A DNA stretch of 64,000 bases from Torpedo marmorata. Taxonomy: Eukaryota. The stretch is taken from NCBI GenBank assembly GCA_977017645.1, contig OZ360240.1, positions 14,198,001-14,262,000 on the forward strand, written 5' to 3'. Of this stretch, positions 63,980 through 64,000 are shown piece after piece. The notes under the pieces are model-generated. The model was not told the DNA's origin. It did no database searches and saw only the letters and a program-made list of their open reading frames with translations. The position numbers were made by a program, and so were the translations under genes. How positions within the stretch are numbered: the first letter of the stretch is position 1; every line of letters starts with the position of its first letter.

Positions 63980-64000
63980 TACAATGAAGTTGTTACCCTG

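Noticed and set aside
36310-64000. Upstream BAIAP2 exons (e.g. GYFDALVKMGELASESQGSKELG)
   Set aside because: Not found by eye or in the ORF track; probably beyond the window, though a miss cannot be excluded without tBLASTn.

Overview
Vertebrate genomic DNA, most likely a cartilaginous fish (ray/skate-type repeats: V-SINEs, a Deu-domain SINE, CR1, Rex1/Babar and Penelope elements; the taxon is an inference). The window lies within one minus-strand gene, BAIAP2 (IRSp53). Ten coding exons (homologous to human exons ~4-13) have canonical AG/GT sites and one continuous reading frame covering the I-BAR/IMD C-terminal part, CRIB-PR, SH3 and PPPDY motif. No upstream exon was found in 36-64 kb, so that region is read as one large intron. 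The introns hold a degenerate near-full-length L1-clade LINE, many LINE fragments, hAT and Tigger MITEs, and four 5S-rRNA-headed SINEs. The most notable observation is a modular retroposon family: one stem-loop 3' tail appears behind three different heads (5S rRNA, a near-pristine tRNA-Thr(UGU) with an A58>T change, and a GC-rich LINE-5'-like leader). Also notable are a composite hAT MITE that moved as a unit and Penelope repeats with a variant hammerhead-like core. Family names come from recalled consensus sequences, not database searches.
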